DNA of 64,000 nt, from contig CAWJKZ010000026.1 in the NCBI GenBank assembly GCA_963843575.1, positions 96,001 through 160,000 on the forward strand, read 5' to 3'. The stretch's first letter is position 1, and each line of letters starts with the position of its first letter. Source of the DNA: an uncultured Acidobacteriota bacterium (GTDB lineage: Bacteria; Acidobacteriota; UBA6911). Shown piece after piece: positions 31,601 to 39,721 of this stretch. Below the pieces are notes generated by a model. It was not told the DNA's origin and ran no database searches. It was given only the letters and a program-made list of their open reading frames with translations. Both the position numbers and the translations under genes were made by a program.

Positions 31601-32426
31601 TCCGCTACAGACCAATGTCACGGCGTTCGTCCAGCGGGAGTCGCGCCCGGCCTACACCCTCGACAGGGTCGGCGCTTCCCTGGTCCAGGAAAAACAACTG
31701 CACGACCGCTATATCCTGAACTATGGCTACCGGTATGAACGGGTCAAGGCTCCGCAGGGCTTACCCGACCCCCTGCTCCGATTCACGAGCATGGTGCCGC
31801 TGGCACGCCTGACTGCGAGCATCACGGGGGATACGCGCGATGACATGCTCGACGCCACCCGCGGCTCGTTTCACTCGCAGGCCCTCGAGTACGCACCGGG
31901 GCTGCTCGGCGGGGATGCCCGCTTCGTGAAGTACTTCGGCCAGTATTTCCGCTACGTGCCCTTGAGCCGTCCTCAGAGGTTGTCCTCAGGCCGCGTCGTG
32001 CCCCGCTTCGTGTATGCAGGCGCGCTGCGCATCGGGCTATCCAAGGGCTTGGGAGGCCAGGAAGTGATCACGCCGGAGCGGTTTTTCGCCGGCGGCGGGA
32101 CCACGATGCGCGGATTCCGGCAGGACCGCCTCGGCCCGCTGGACGAAAACGGCAGGCCCGAGGGGGGGGAAGCCATGTTCCTCTTGAACAACGAGGTACG
32201 CCTGCCGTTGTTTGCGATCTTCGGCGGCGTCGGCTTCGTCGACATCGGGAATGTCTACCCCAGCGTTCGGGATTTCAATCCCTTCGATGTGCGAAAATCG
32301 GCCGGCGTGGGGCTGCGCGTCCGTACGGGGTACGTGGTCATCCGGGCGGATTACGGCGTCAAGCTCGATCGCAGAACCGGCGAGAGCCGGGGAGCCCTTT
32401 TCTTCAGCATAGGCCAGGCCTACTAG
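25647..32426 (+). CDS. TamB (DUF490)-POTRA-Omp85 fusion protein, 2259 aa
   Basis: N-terminal TM anchor, long beta-rich AsmA/TamB region, LTSDPPLPEPDILSLLLTG, several POTRA units, RFFAGGGTTMRGF, terminal FFSIGQAY; single uninterrupted ORF. Confidence 0.9.
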   Translation: MGPMKSPTRKTALLITAAVALLVALTVALLRTPLVVRLAMERAQAYLHDNYGIDLSAGHADIDVARGTLWMRDVLAKSAAYPDLPAILRVDDASVNFSVFDLLRGRIHVQSARLTGLALNVVVAPDGRNNLPSIEQRAPFRGLPPFVVDSLTVERASLSVDDRQKDRALELPEWSLRIMGTSQPLAHELRMRLLRAGIVRAEARTVSIEQFDAVAAVSRTDVQTSTIAVRIGGSSLQMRGAVRDLGDPVLDLSFDSVLDLPALSRLAQTPEQVGGTLRVSGRVAGKPSALVVSGHARGDGISTAGYDRVRLETDYRFRSGDPRLEIENLDIFSPYGRVQARGAAALTPELRSSIEGRIEDWDLAPLGRFLDKSVRVASRATARFAVSWSGMEVASVSGFGRLQLVPNRQAAARGLLPLGGAVVVRARPGQIDATLEALSLLGARISGSATLRDGSRISGEITGDVAAVDRFQDQLQSLLGRPGALLPIQLAGRAAVSARLAGTMSAPSAEGTIESSDLAFGRLRNLALTAHAYLDPARLLIRDAVANMGGQVLRIAGTVGFGGRDPVLDLEAALERGSIVALLAAADLDVPMNGTIEARARVAGPLGQLQGDAHVSATGLVVGGETLGTFGLDAILGAGTLRTTRAVLQKTAGDEAAGYMTADASYDVESGIFAFNAAAREFWLPQRLPVGGSISGTAAGQGTVQDPVIDLKLEIPDMSVRGESVGNASLTAALRGDDGEVRAELPRLNLSANGKVQARSPFPAELHVEARDLDLSLLRLPVADGQVLAGRIDAAATGTANLKEWKAGEVSVVVRKANLVARSRELRNDGPVQARYQRGTLEIDEARLVTESSSLVVAGTIALDREAPRSKLTLKGALEIGDLQPFFESPPGFFASGLLKFDMALEGTPAEIGASGGFSMSDGFLHVPQIRLPLTDIAIDGSLGDGAVQVRSAESLWGAGRITYAGEIPLGLLPRMPFRFERKQGAARFELTFSNPRLEATEELPAGVGGSLDLQVRGELGRPDLESLRAVATSNRLQLTAGELVFEQPRPATITVRDGTVRVDNFALQGPGSRVAVSGTAGLLGEHPLDLRVDGDVDAGIFSVFSSDLRLTGTTRLEVAVKGTTSAPAVSGFAQLQDGEASVRSLRLGADDLNVKLGFAGNRMTVQTLAGTLNGGTLSGTGTLDYKGTTLTGLNLGARLDGVYVGYPEGLRAIVNGNLNIKSTESPIVVGGTILVQEGSYTEPSQAGGLFGALSSKQVLDVSQKRDPVLSRIRYNVAVRTVDPVSVSTGMAKLAASGNLRLVGTYYNPSIVGRATFDEGGELRLNERQYVLDQGSISFVNENRIEPVLDIEGRTEVAGYDINLALTGTPENPKTALTSDPPLPEPDILSLLLTGRTQEEFRGEELEFAKEQALSLVAGEAGARISQGAQRVLGLSTVRIEPNLISPESDPGARLTVGQNLTNDLRLIYSMNLVNSNDQIWIGEYDVTRRFVTRALKQQDNSYRFEFQHDLRFGGSASTGRVRRFDRTKREVGTVSFKGGTALGEKRLQSRLNFKSGDRYDFTKVQKAREDLRGYFASEGRLESKVSVSRSGEDGKVDLAFAVTPGPRVRFFFDGDPAPRGAAEKVASVWSDGVFDLQRVQDAVQAIRRSLIAEGYLQSDVRYRIEQEGEAKDVHFTIRRGATFHDVQLVFSGNSDVESAELRHQIVAAKLENAVYNDPSQVVDLLANYYRTQGYTHAKVESPKLDLNPSTGSGRVEIPIKEGPRFRIGQVVFQGNTLSDDTLRRASALGTGTIFAAREVDGALERIDRFYHSRGYNDATFDYETLLDDSTGLAEVRFRIEERRRTVIQSIVVQGNERTPTSFVRKQLSISEGEILDPEAIARSRRALYDTGVFTLVDFDTQPADAVSPAGNTKRVDITVKLREVKPYRFRYGGFYDTDRGAGFTGDISNRNFLGRAAVVGLHTRYDGTMKEARTYFGQPFTFGIPLQTNVTAFVQRESRPAYTLDRVGASLVQEKQLHDRYILNYGYRYERVKAPQGLPDPLLRFTSMVPLARLTASITGDTRDDMLDATRGSFHSQALEYAPGLLGGDARFVKYFGQYFRYVPLSRPQRLSSGRVVPRFVYAGALRIGLSKGLGGQEVITPERFFAGGGTTMRGFRQDRLGPLDENGRPEGGEAMFLLNNEVRLPLFAIFGGVGFVDIGNVYPSVRDFNPFDVRKSAGVGLRVRTGYVVIRADYGVKLDRRTGESRGALFFSIGQAY

Positions 32427-32574
32427 ACCCCTGAAGTGCGTGAAGCATGGAGCGCGCCGCCTGCGGTGGCGTCGAGCCGCCCGTTCCGCGATCCGGCCGA
32501 TACTGGAACTCTCTTCGGGGACTGGCTATAGTGGTGCGGAGTCGTTCTCTCAAACCCGTTCCGGGGGTGTCCCC

Positions 32575-33561
32575 ATGCACGTTTTCGAACTGACCCGCCG
32601 ACTTATCGAAATAGAGTCGATCACAGACAACGAGAAATCCGTGGCTCATTTCCTGTCCGAGTACCTCGTCGGCCTCGGCTATGAAGTGAACCTGCAGGAA
32701 GCAGCCCCAGGCCGATTCAACGTGCAGGCGCTGGCGGGCACGCCCGACGTGGTCTTTACGTCGCACATCGACACGGTGCCTCCTTACCTCCCGTTCGGTG
32801 AAGACGGGGAATACCTCTACGGCCGGGGCGCGTGCGATGCCAAGGGCATCGTGGCCGCTCAGATCGAGGCCGTCGAACGTCTGAAAGCCAGCGGGGAACG
32901 CCGCCTCGGGCTCCTGTTCGTGGTCGGGGAGGAACGTAACAGCGCCGGAGCGCTCCACGCAAACCTGCACCCGGTGGGATCCCGGTGTTTCATCGACGGG
33001 GAACCGACAGAAAACAAACTCGCCATCGGGTCCAAAGGATCGCTCAGGATCGAAATCTGCGCGACCGGGAAGGCGGCCCACTCCGCTTACCCGCACATGG
33101 GGGAATCCGCGATCCTGAAGCTGCTCGACATTCTGCAGGACTTCCGCAGCATGCACTTCGAACCCGATCCGGTGCTCGGCACAACGACGTTCAACATTGG
33201 CACTCTGGAGGGCGGGACCAAGCCCAACATCGTTCCCGACCGCGCCCGGGCCGAGGTCATGTTCCGGTTTGTGGAGCCGTGCGAGGATCTGAAGAAGCGG
33301 ATCGAGGCTGTCATTGGGGGACGCGCGGCCTTTCGCTACCCCTTCGAGGTCCCGATAGTCCGAATGAACGTGGCCGAGGGATTCGAAACCACCGTAGTTT
33401 CGTTCTCGAGCGACGTGCCGTTCCTCACCGCGTGGGGTCGTCCGTACCTGCTCGGCCCCGGCTCAATCCTCGACGCGCACACGGCTCACGAACGGATCTC
33501 AAAAGCGGAGCTCCTGCGCGGGGTCGAGCTGTACGTCGAGCTGGCGCGCTCTCTATTGTGA
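32575..33561 (+). CDS. M20 family metallo-hydrolase (ArgE/DapE-like)
   Basis: SHIDTV, GRGACDAKG, GEE, GEPT, AHTAHE. Confidence 0.9.
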   Translation: MHVFELTRRLIEIESITDNEKSVAHFLSEYLVGLGYEVNLQEAAPGRFNVQALAGTPDVVFTSHIDTVPPYLPFGEDGEYLYGRGACDAKGIVAAQIEAVERLKASGERRLGLLFVVGEERNSAGALHANLHPVGSRCFIDGEPTENKLAIGSKGSLRIEICATGKAAHSAYPHMGESAILKLLDILQDFRSMHFEPDPVLGTTTFNIGTLEGGTKPNIVPDRARAEVMFRFVEPCEDLKKRIEAVIGGRAAFRYPFEVPIVRMNVAEGFETTVVSFSSDVPFLTAWGRPYLLGPGSILDAHTAHERISKAELLRGVELYVELARSLL

Positions 33562-34575
33562 CGATTCCGGTATGCCGCGCTGCAAGGCACGGCGCTGGGC
33601 GTGGAGGTTGCGCTCAGGGGTCAGGTCAGGGATCTCGCATCCGGCGGCACTGATGCAGCGAGTTCCGCCGCCCCGTAGGCACTCCGCCACGGCCTGGCAC
33701 ACCTGGTCCTCGCTCCCGCGCAGCATGATCTCCACCGGGTCGAAGTTCCCGCAAAGCGCCGGCCCGGTGGCGCCATAGCACTCGGCGGCACTCCTCAAGT
33801 CGACCATCCAGTCGAGGTCGACGATGTCGGCGCCCGTCTGGCCCATCAGCGCGACGATATGCGTCGTGTCGCCGCAGATGTGCAGCCGGCATATCGCGCC
33901 CATTTCCCGCACCGCGCGGAAAATCCGTTGTTCGCCAGGCAAGGCGAATCTGGCGTACATGCCGGGAGACACCTGCGAGGCGATGGCGTCTCCTAGCCCG
34001 ATGATATCCGCTCCTGCCTCGACTTGCGCTCTCGCGAACGCGATTTGCGCCACTGTGCAGACCTCGAGCAGTTCCTGTACCCACGCCGGCCGGTCGTACA
34101 GATCCATCATCAAGGCTGTGTCGCCCCTGAGCACGTTGGCCAGCGCCAGTGCCCCCTCGACCCAACCCATGACGGGCAGCTCCCCGGTTGCGCGCTCGTG
34201 GAGCAGGCGCACTCCCTCCAGCCGGTCGCTCATGCGCCGGCCGTCCGCCGGCGCCGGTATACGGAGGCGAGCCAGGTCCGCCGGTTCGACCAGCAGCGGG
34301 TGCCGCCGGAGCGGCAGGCCGTCCGGCGGGAATTCTATCTCGGTTCCGCAATCCGCCGCTTCTCGGTAGGGATCCGAGATGGCCTGCACGATATCCAGGC
34401 CGAATTTTTCGGCCGTCGCTAGGTTCGCCCGGGTCAGAACGCGGTAATCCAGGTAAAAGGAGGCCAGTGGCTCCCCGATCTGGTGAGCCGCGAAGGCCAT
34501 CACGATGTCGAAGTTTGGTGCCCGGTCCACCGCTTCGCCGCGGATCCTGCTTGCCAGCCGCGCGACTGAATTCAC
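33553..34575 (-). CDS. Uroporphyrinogen decarboxylase superfamily, MtaA/CmuA-type methyltransferase
   Basis: LHICG and GCE Zn-ligand motifs, GNFDPV, AGADIIGLGD; GGAGG RBS before GTG. Confidence 0.8.
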   Translation of the reverse strand: MNSVARLASRIRGEAVDRAPNFDIVMAFAAHQIGEPLASFYLDYRVLTRANLATAEKFGLDIVQAISDPYREAADCGTEIEFPPDGLPLRRHPLLVEPADLARLRIPAPADGRRMSDRLEGVRLLHERATGELPVMGWVEGALALANVLRGDTALMMDLYDRPAWVQELLEVCTVAQIAFARAQVEAGADIIGLGDAIASQVSPGMYARFALPGEQRIFRAVREMGAICRLHICGDTTHIVALMGQTGADIVDLDWMVDLRSAAECYGATGPALCGNFDPVEIMLRGSEDQVCQAVAECLRGGGTRCISAAGCEIPDLTPERNLHAQRRALQRGIPESSQ

Positions 34576-34757
34576 TTTTCCTAACCTCCGAACCCGGCAG
34601 AATTGCGGCTCATGGTAGCGCAATTACGCGGTTTTGACACCAACTTGAAACGAGGGTTTGACTTGCTCTTAGCCCGCGCCTGATGTATTTTGCCGTGCGT
34701 AGGAGTTTGCCGCCCGGCGAGGCGGTTGCCCCCCAACTCGAATCAAGGATTTTATCA

Positions 34758-35057
34758 ATGTCCGACAGGTTGATCGAACTGGCTCTCGAAACCCTTGAGC
34801 TGCGTAAGGCTGCCATCCAGGCGGAGATTGAACAACTGAGAGCCCAACTGAAGTCCCAGGGCACGGCTCGCCCTGCAAGCGGAGCTACGCGGGCGCCCAA
34901 GAAGGCCGTGCGCGCCCAAAGAGGCCCCAGGTCCGCCTCCGCACGCAAGGCGCAGAGCGAGCGTATGAAGGAATTTTGGGCCAAGAAAAAAGCGGAGGCG
35001 GCCGGCAAGAACAACAAGCCCGCAGCCAGTCCCGCCAAGAAGAACGGCAAAGAGTAA
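34758..35057 (+). CDS. Small basic protein (coiled coil plus Lys/Ala/Arg-rich tail), possibly nucleoid-associated
   Basis: 99 aa; SASARKAQSERMKEFWAKKK motif. Confidence 0.7.
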   Translation: MSDRLIELALETLELRKAAIQAEIEQLRAQLKSQGTARPASGATRAPKKAVRAQRGPRSASARKAQSERMKEFWAKKKAEAAGKNNKPAASPAKKNGKE

Positions 35058-35227
35058 CAAGGTCGCCACAAAGGACTCCAATCGGCCAATTTGTCACGTG
35101 ACAGGCAGTGGGTATCGGTCTGTCTCGGGTGCCTGTGACCGGTTTCGGCAGTGCGCACCCGATATCGACTATTGGCGGCGCGGCCGCTGATTTGGATTAA
35201 AATGCTCGCTTTCCGGCGAGTGTACCG

Positions 35228-36961
35228 ATGTCCAATGCACGCACGGGCTCAGAAGAAAAACCGGCCGCTCCGGGTTTGCTCGGACTCGTGGTCACCCTCG
35301 GGGTGGTCGCATTCGTCTACCGGGAGGCGTTCCTGGGTTTCTTCGTGCAGGACGACTACGGCTGGCTCGAGTCGTCGCGCTTCGGGGGAATCGGGGAGTA
35401 CCTCCAGTGCTTTTTCCGGTTCAACCCGGCCCTGACCTACCGTCCCCTAAGCCAGGAGACGTTCTTCTGGGCGGGGCAGCATTTCTTCGGGCTTGACCCT
35501 GCAGGGTTTCACGCCGTCAGCTTCGCCTTCCACTTGGCCGGCTGCATTCTTCTTTACGCGCTGCTGCGCCAATTCTTCGATCCTCTCCCCTGCCTCGCCG
35601 GTACCCTCGTCTACGGAGTGCACGGGGCGCACCTGCGCTCCGTCTACTGGATCTCCGCTCTGCCCGAGCCGATGGCACTCTGTTTTTATCTGGCCGCCGT
35701 GCTTCTCTTCATACGGTTTGACCGGACCGGCAACCGCACTCCCTTTCTGTTGAGTGTCGTCGCAATGGGACTCGGAATGATGTCCAAGGAATCGATCCTG
35801 ACAGTTCCCCTGGTACTCGCCGCCTACGCGCTGCTTTTTTCTCCGCGCCGGCTCTTGTGGACCGCGCCGTTCTTCCTGATGTCCGGAGCCTACACTGTCC
35901 TGCGGCTCACCAGCGAAGCGGTCAAGGCGGCTCCCTATCCTCTGACCTTCGGACGAGCAGCCTGGAGCAATCTGATGGCCTACGCCTCATGGGCGTCCGG
36001 CCTGACCGAAACAATGCTCAAGGTGAAACTGGGCTGGGGGGCCGAAGCGCTCTATCCGCGTGTCGCCGCCGGGTTCGCGGCGGCGGCCGGCATCCTCTTT
36101 GTCGTGGCGCGCCAGAAGAGAGTGGCGGGTCTGGCGTTGCTTTGGTTTCTGTTGGCTCTTCAGCCGGTCCTTTACTTCTGGCAGCACATCGATCCCTACT
36201 ACCTGGCCCCCTCGCTCGCAGGCTTGGCACTCCTGGTCGCGGCCGCCTGCCCCGCGACATTGTCTCGAAAGGCGCTGGCCCGCGGTCTGCCTGTGGCGCT
36301 GGCAGTCGGATTTACCGTCTGGAGCTCGGTTGCCGGGGTGAAGCTCGAAGGACGCTGGTGGAACACGCGTTCGCTCGAGGGGCGTAACATCCTCCGCCGG
36401 ATGCCTGAAGTGGATCGACAGGTGCCACCCGGGCGGATCGCTTACCTGTTCGGTTTCACCGAGAGCCAGTTCGGAGTCATGCAGCGGGATGCTGCCCTCA
36501 AAGCCTTCGGGTTCTCGCCCGGACGTTTCATTCTCGTCGGGCTGGACCCCGATACGCCCTGGCAGATCCGGAACCTTGAACGACACGGGGGACTGAGGGA
36601 CTATCACTGTTTCGTTTACCGGGGCGGCGAGTTCGTCAACATGACCGAGGCTTTTCGCCGTCGCCCGGGCAGGTTCCTTGTCCCCGTGGGGTTGAGGGTG
36701 AGCCCGCTCGACGTGCAGGCTGGGCGGGACACCCTGATGCTAACGACGTTGAACCTCGACGCTCGCGCAATAGACGTCCAGTACACGCTCGACGGCAAGG
36801 AAATGCCGCCGATCCTGTTCTGGCCTCTGAACAAGGGCGGCACCGCCACCTTGCGTGTGGACGCCAGCACGCGGAAGGGCGAATACCATTTCACCGCAAT
36901 CCGCGATGCCGAGGAGCGCGAAGCCTGGTATCCCGTCGACATTCGCGTAACCGTGCGATGA
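35228..36961 (+). CDS. GT-C-fold membrane glycosyltransferase-like protein with C-terminal beta domain
   Basis: QDDY first-loop acidic motif, YRPL, SKE, about 11 TM helices. Confidence 0.75.
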   Translation: MSNARTGSEEKPAAPGLLGLVVTLGVVAFVYREAFLGFFVQDDYGWLESSRFGGIGEYLQCFFRFNPALTYRPLSQETFFWAGQHFFGLDPAGFHAVSFAFHLAGCILLYALLRQFFDPLPCLAGTLVYGVHGAHLRSVYWISALPEPMALCFYLAAVLLFIRFDRTGNRTPFLLSVVAMGLGMMSKESILTVPLVLAAYALLFSPRRLLWTAPFFLMSGAYTVLRLTSEAVKAAPYPLTFGRAAWSNLMAYASWASGLTETMLKVKLGWGAEALYPRVAAGFAAAAGILFVVARQKRVAGLALLWFLLALQPVLYFWQHIDPYYLAPSLAGLALLVAAACPATLSRKALARGLPVALAVGFTVWSSVAGVKLEGRWWNTRSLEGRNILRRMPEVDRQVPPGRIAYLFGFTESQFGVMQRDAALKAFGFSPGRFILVGLDPDTPWQIRNLERHGGLRDYHCFVYRGGEFVNMTEAFRRRPGRFLVPVGLRVSPLDVQAGRDTLMLTTLNLDARAIDVQYTLDGKEMPPILFWPLNKGGTATLRVDASTRKGEYHFTAIRDAEEREAWYPVDIRVTVR

Positions 36962-39696
36962 TGCGAAAACTCTACCCGGTTTTCTTTTTTGCGGCCGCGA
37001 CGGTGCTCGTCTTCTGGAAGGTCATCTTCCACGAGGAGTTCACTCTCCTTGTCGGCGGCGACATGGCCTCGTCCTACTACCCCTGGTTCGAGGTCGCGTC
37101 CTACTGGCTCAAGCGAGGAGTCTTTATGCTCTGGGACCCCTACGTCTATGCCGGCAAGGTGAACATGGGAGAACCCCAGCCCGGGATTTTCTACCCGCTG
37201 AACTGGCTATTCATGCTGCTTCCGTCCAAGGGGAGCGGCGTCAGTCTCGGCGGGTTGCAGGCGCTGCTCATCCTGGACTATTTCCTCGCGGGCCTGTTTA
37301 CCTACCTCCTAGCCCGTTCCATGGGCATGTCGGGGGCGGGGGCTGCCTTGGCCGGTCTGGCGTTTGCCTATGGCGGACAGGTCGCCCATCTCTACGGGTA
37401 TGTGAACGTCCTGAGCGGCTTCGTCTGGATGCCACTGGCCCTTGTCTTCTTCCGGCGCGCGCTCTCGGCGGCAACCTGGACGTCGCGCCTCAGGGGCGTG
37501 GCCGGGGCCGGCTCGTGCCTGGCGCTGGCCTTTTTGCCGGGACACCACGTCCCAGCCTTGCACACGGGATTCCTGCTGCTGCTCGTCGCCGCGTTTGTTC
37601 TCGTCACCCGGGGTACGCCCCGCCTGTCCGACGCGCTGCGGGTGTCGCTCCTCCTCGGCCTGACCGCGCTGACTTCGTTGTCACTGACTGTATTCCAGTG
37701 GCTCCCGTCGGCGCAGTGGGCGCGCACCGTATTCCGCTGGGTGGGGATGGGTCCGCCGGTCCGCTGGGGCGAGAGCGTCCCGTATTCGATCCTGCAGCAG
37801 ACCTCCAACGCCAGCCCCCAGGATGCACTCTCGCTGGTTCTGCCGTATGTCACCACCGGTGCGAACCTCTACACGGGCGGCCTGGTCATCTTCCTTGCAT
37901 TGGTCGCCTTGCTCTTCGTGCGGAAACGCGAGGCCTGGTTTCTTGGTTTCACAGCGATCCTTTATTTCTTCCTGAGCTTGGGTCGCTTTTCTGTGCTGCA
38001 TGGCTGGGTGAATACATTCGTCCCCGGTCTGTGGTTTGCGCGTGAGCTGTTCTACTACCTGGTGCCGATGCAACTGTGCATCGCGCTTCTCGCGGGCTGG
38101 GGACTCGATTGCATCGTCGAGGGTCCCGGCACCGCAGCCGACCGCGTGTTCGAGGGTTTCCTGAGAAAAGCCAGCTGGTGTCTGGCCGTCCTCGTCCTCG
38201 GCTCGGCGGCGCTGATCGCGTTCCTCTTCCTTCACCAGAGACTGCCCATGGCCCACCCGTTCATCACGGCGGTCGCGGGGCTGGCTTCCCATCTCTTTGT
38301 GCTCGGCCTACTGCTGTTTTATTTCAAGAGGGGGCGCATTGGGCCACGGGTCTTCGCGAGCTCCCTCGTGCTCCTCGTGCTGGTCGACCTGGGTTCGCAT
38401 CTCGCCATCGACATTAGAACGAAGTCTTCCCCTCCCGGAGAGAAGAACACATACGTGCGGGCGTTCTGGAGCATGCCCGCCCCGGCCGAGCGGCTCAAGG
38501 CGATGCGCCAGGCGGAGTATTTCCGGGTCGACGACCCGTCGGGTATCTTCCCCCCAAATTACGGCGACGCCTGGCGCCTGGATGCGACCATGGGGCACGG
38601 GGCCACGGCCCTGGTCGACTACTTCGATTTCCGAGGCACCGGTTGGGAACCTGCGTCGAATGCTTCGGCGCTTCTGAATGTGGCTTACTTCCCGAGCCGA
38701 ACCGAGGTGACCGGCATGGAACGGCTCGGGGGAGAGGGAGTGGCGATATACCGAAATCCCCGCGCCGTTCCGCGCGCCTTCGTGCCGTCGCGTTTCCGCT
38801 GCTTCTCCAAGCGCGAGGAGTTGCTGTCGTGGCTGGCATCCCCCCTGTTCGACCCTCGGGGAACCGTCCTGTTGGACTGCGCCGACCTCGGCACGCTGCC
38901 CCTGGAGTACAGGGCGCCCGAGTGGCGGGACGACGACGGCGTCGAGGTCAGGCTGACACACCGGCGTACCGCCGGGGATCAGGCCGCCGCTGGGCTCGCC
39001 GAGGACAAGCGCCCGGAGTTCGCGAAGTACCAACCCCCTCCAGGCTGGAGTGTCGGAGACGAGCTTTCCTTCGAACTTGATCCTTCCCAGGAGACGCGAT
39101 TCTTTCTCGTCGTAGGCTACCGCCCCGTGCGGGGGGCGGCATCGCGGTTGCGCCTGCTCCTGGAGGGCGCCGGGGAAAAGCGCGAGATCTACGCCGATCT
39201 TCCCGGCAGCGTCGCCGAGGGGCCGGGGCAGTGGCTGAGGGCGAGTGCCGACCTGGGGATTTTGCGGCGCTTCCCCTACAAGCTGTCGCTGAAAAAAGAC
39301 GAGCGGTGCACCGCGCTGCTGGACAGCTTCCGGGTGGCGCGCTCGGTGTTCCCGCCGGACCAGGAACAGGCGGGAACCGTAAGGGTGACGTCCCTCAGGC
39401 CGAATGTCGTCCGGCTCAAGGCGCAATTGCGCCGTCCGGGATTCGTGGTCCTGAGCGAGGTGAACTACCCCGGCTGGGAGGCGCGAGTCGACGGCAAGCC
39501 GGCGCCGCTTCTGACTGGCGACTACATTCTGCGCACGCTGCCCGTCCCGGCCGGGGAGCACGACATCGAACTCACCTTCCGGCCCGCGGCCTTCCGCTGG
39601 GGGCTGGTGCTGAGTCTGTTGTTCCTCGCGGCCATGCTGGCTTTCCTGGCGTGCGGCCGAAGTTCGAAACCGTCCCGTCTCGACCCCTTCCAATAA
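36958..39696 (+). CDS. YfhO-family GT-C glycosyltransferase
   Basis: LWDPYVYAG...FYPLN, NPRAVPRAF, LSEVNYPGWEARVDG, VPAGEHDIELTF. Confidence 0.88.
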   Translation: MMRKLYPVFFFAAATVLVFWKVIFHEEFTLLVGGDMASSYYPWFEVASYWLKRGVFMLWDPYVYAGKVNMGEPQPGIFYPLNWLFMLLPSKGSGVSLGGLQALLILDYFLAGLFTYLLARSMGMSGAGAALAGLAFAYGGQVAHLYGYVNVLSGFVWMPLALVFFRRALSAATWTSRLRGVAGAGSCLALAFLPGHHVPALHTGFLLLLVAAFVLVTRGTPRLSDALRVSLLLGLTALTSLSLTVFQWLPSAQWARTVFRWVGMGPPVRWGESVPYSILQQTSNASPQDALSLVLPYVTTGANLYTGGLVIFLALVALLFVRKREAWFLGFTAILYFFLSLGRFSVLHGWVNTFVPGLWFARELFYYLVPMQLCIALLAGWGLDCIVEGPGTAADRVFEGFLRKASWCLAVLVLGSAALIAFLFLHQRLPMAHPFITAVAGLASHLFVLGLLLFYFKRGRIGPRVFASSLVLLVLVDLGSHLAIDIRTKSSPPGEKNTYVRAFWSMPAPAERLKAMRQAEYFRVDDPSGIFPPNYGDAWRLDATMGHGATALVDYFDFRGTGWEPASNASALLNVAYFPSRTEVTGMERLGGEGVAIYRNPRAVPRAFVPSRFRCFSKREELLSWLASPLFDPRGTVLLDCADLGTLPLEYRAPEWRDDDGVEVRLTHRRTAGDQAAAGLAEDKRPEFAKYQPPPGWSVGDELSFELDPSQETRFFLVVGYRPVRGAASRLRLLLEGAGEKREIYADLPGSVAEGPGQWLRASADLGILRRFPYKLSLKKDERCTALLDSFRVARSVFPPDQEQAGTVRVTSLRPNVVRLKAQLRRPGFVVLSEVNYPGWEARVDGKPAPLLTGDYILRTLPVPAGEHDIELTFRPAAFRWGLVLSLLFLAAMLAFLACGRSSKPSRLDPFQ

Positions 39697-39721
39697 GGCC
39701 GGCTTCGGGCGTGCGGTTCGG

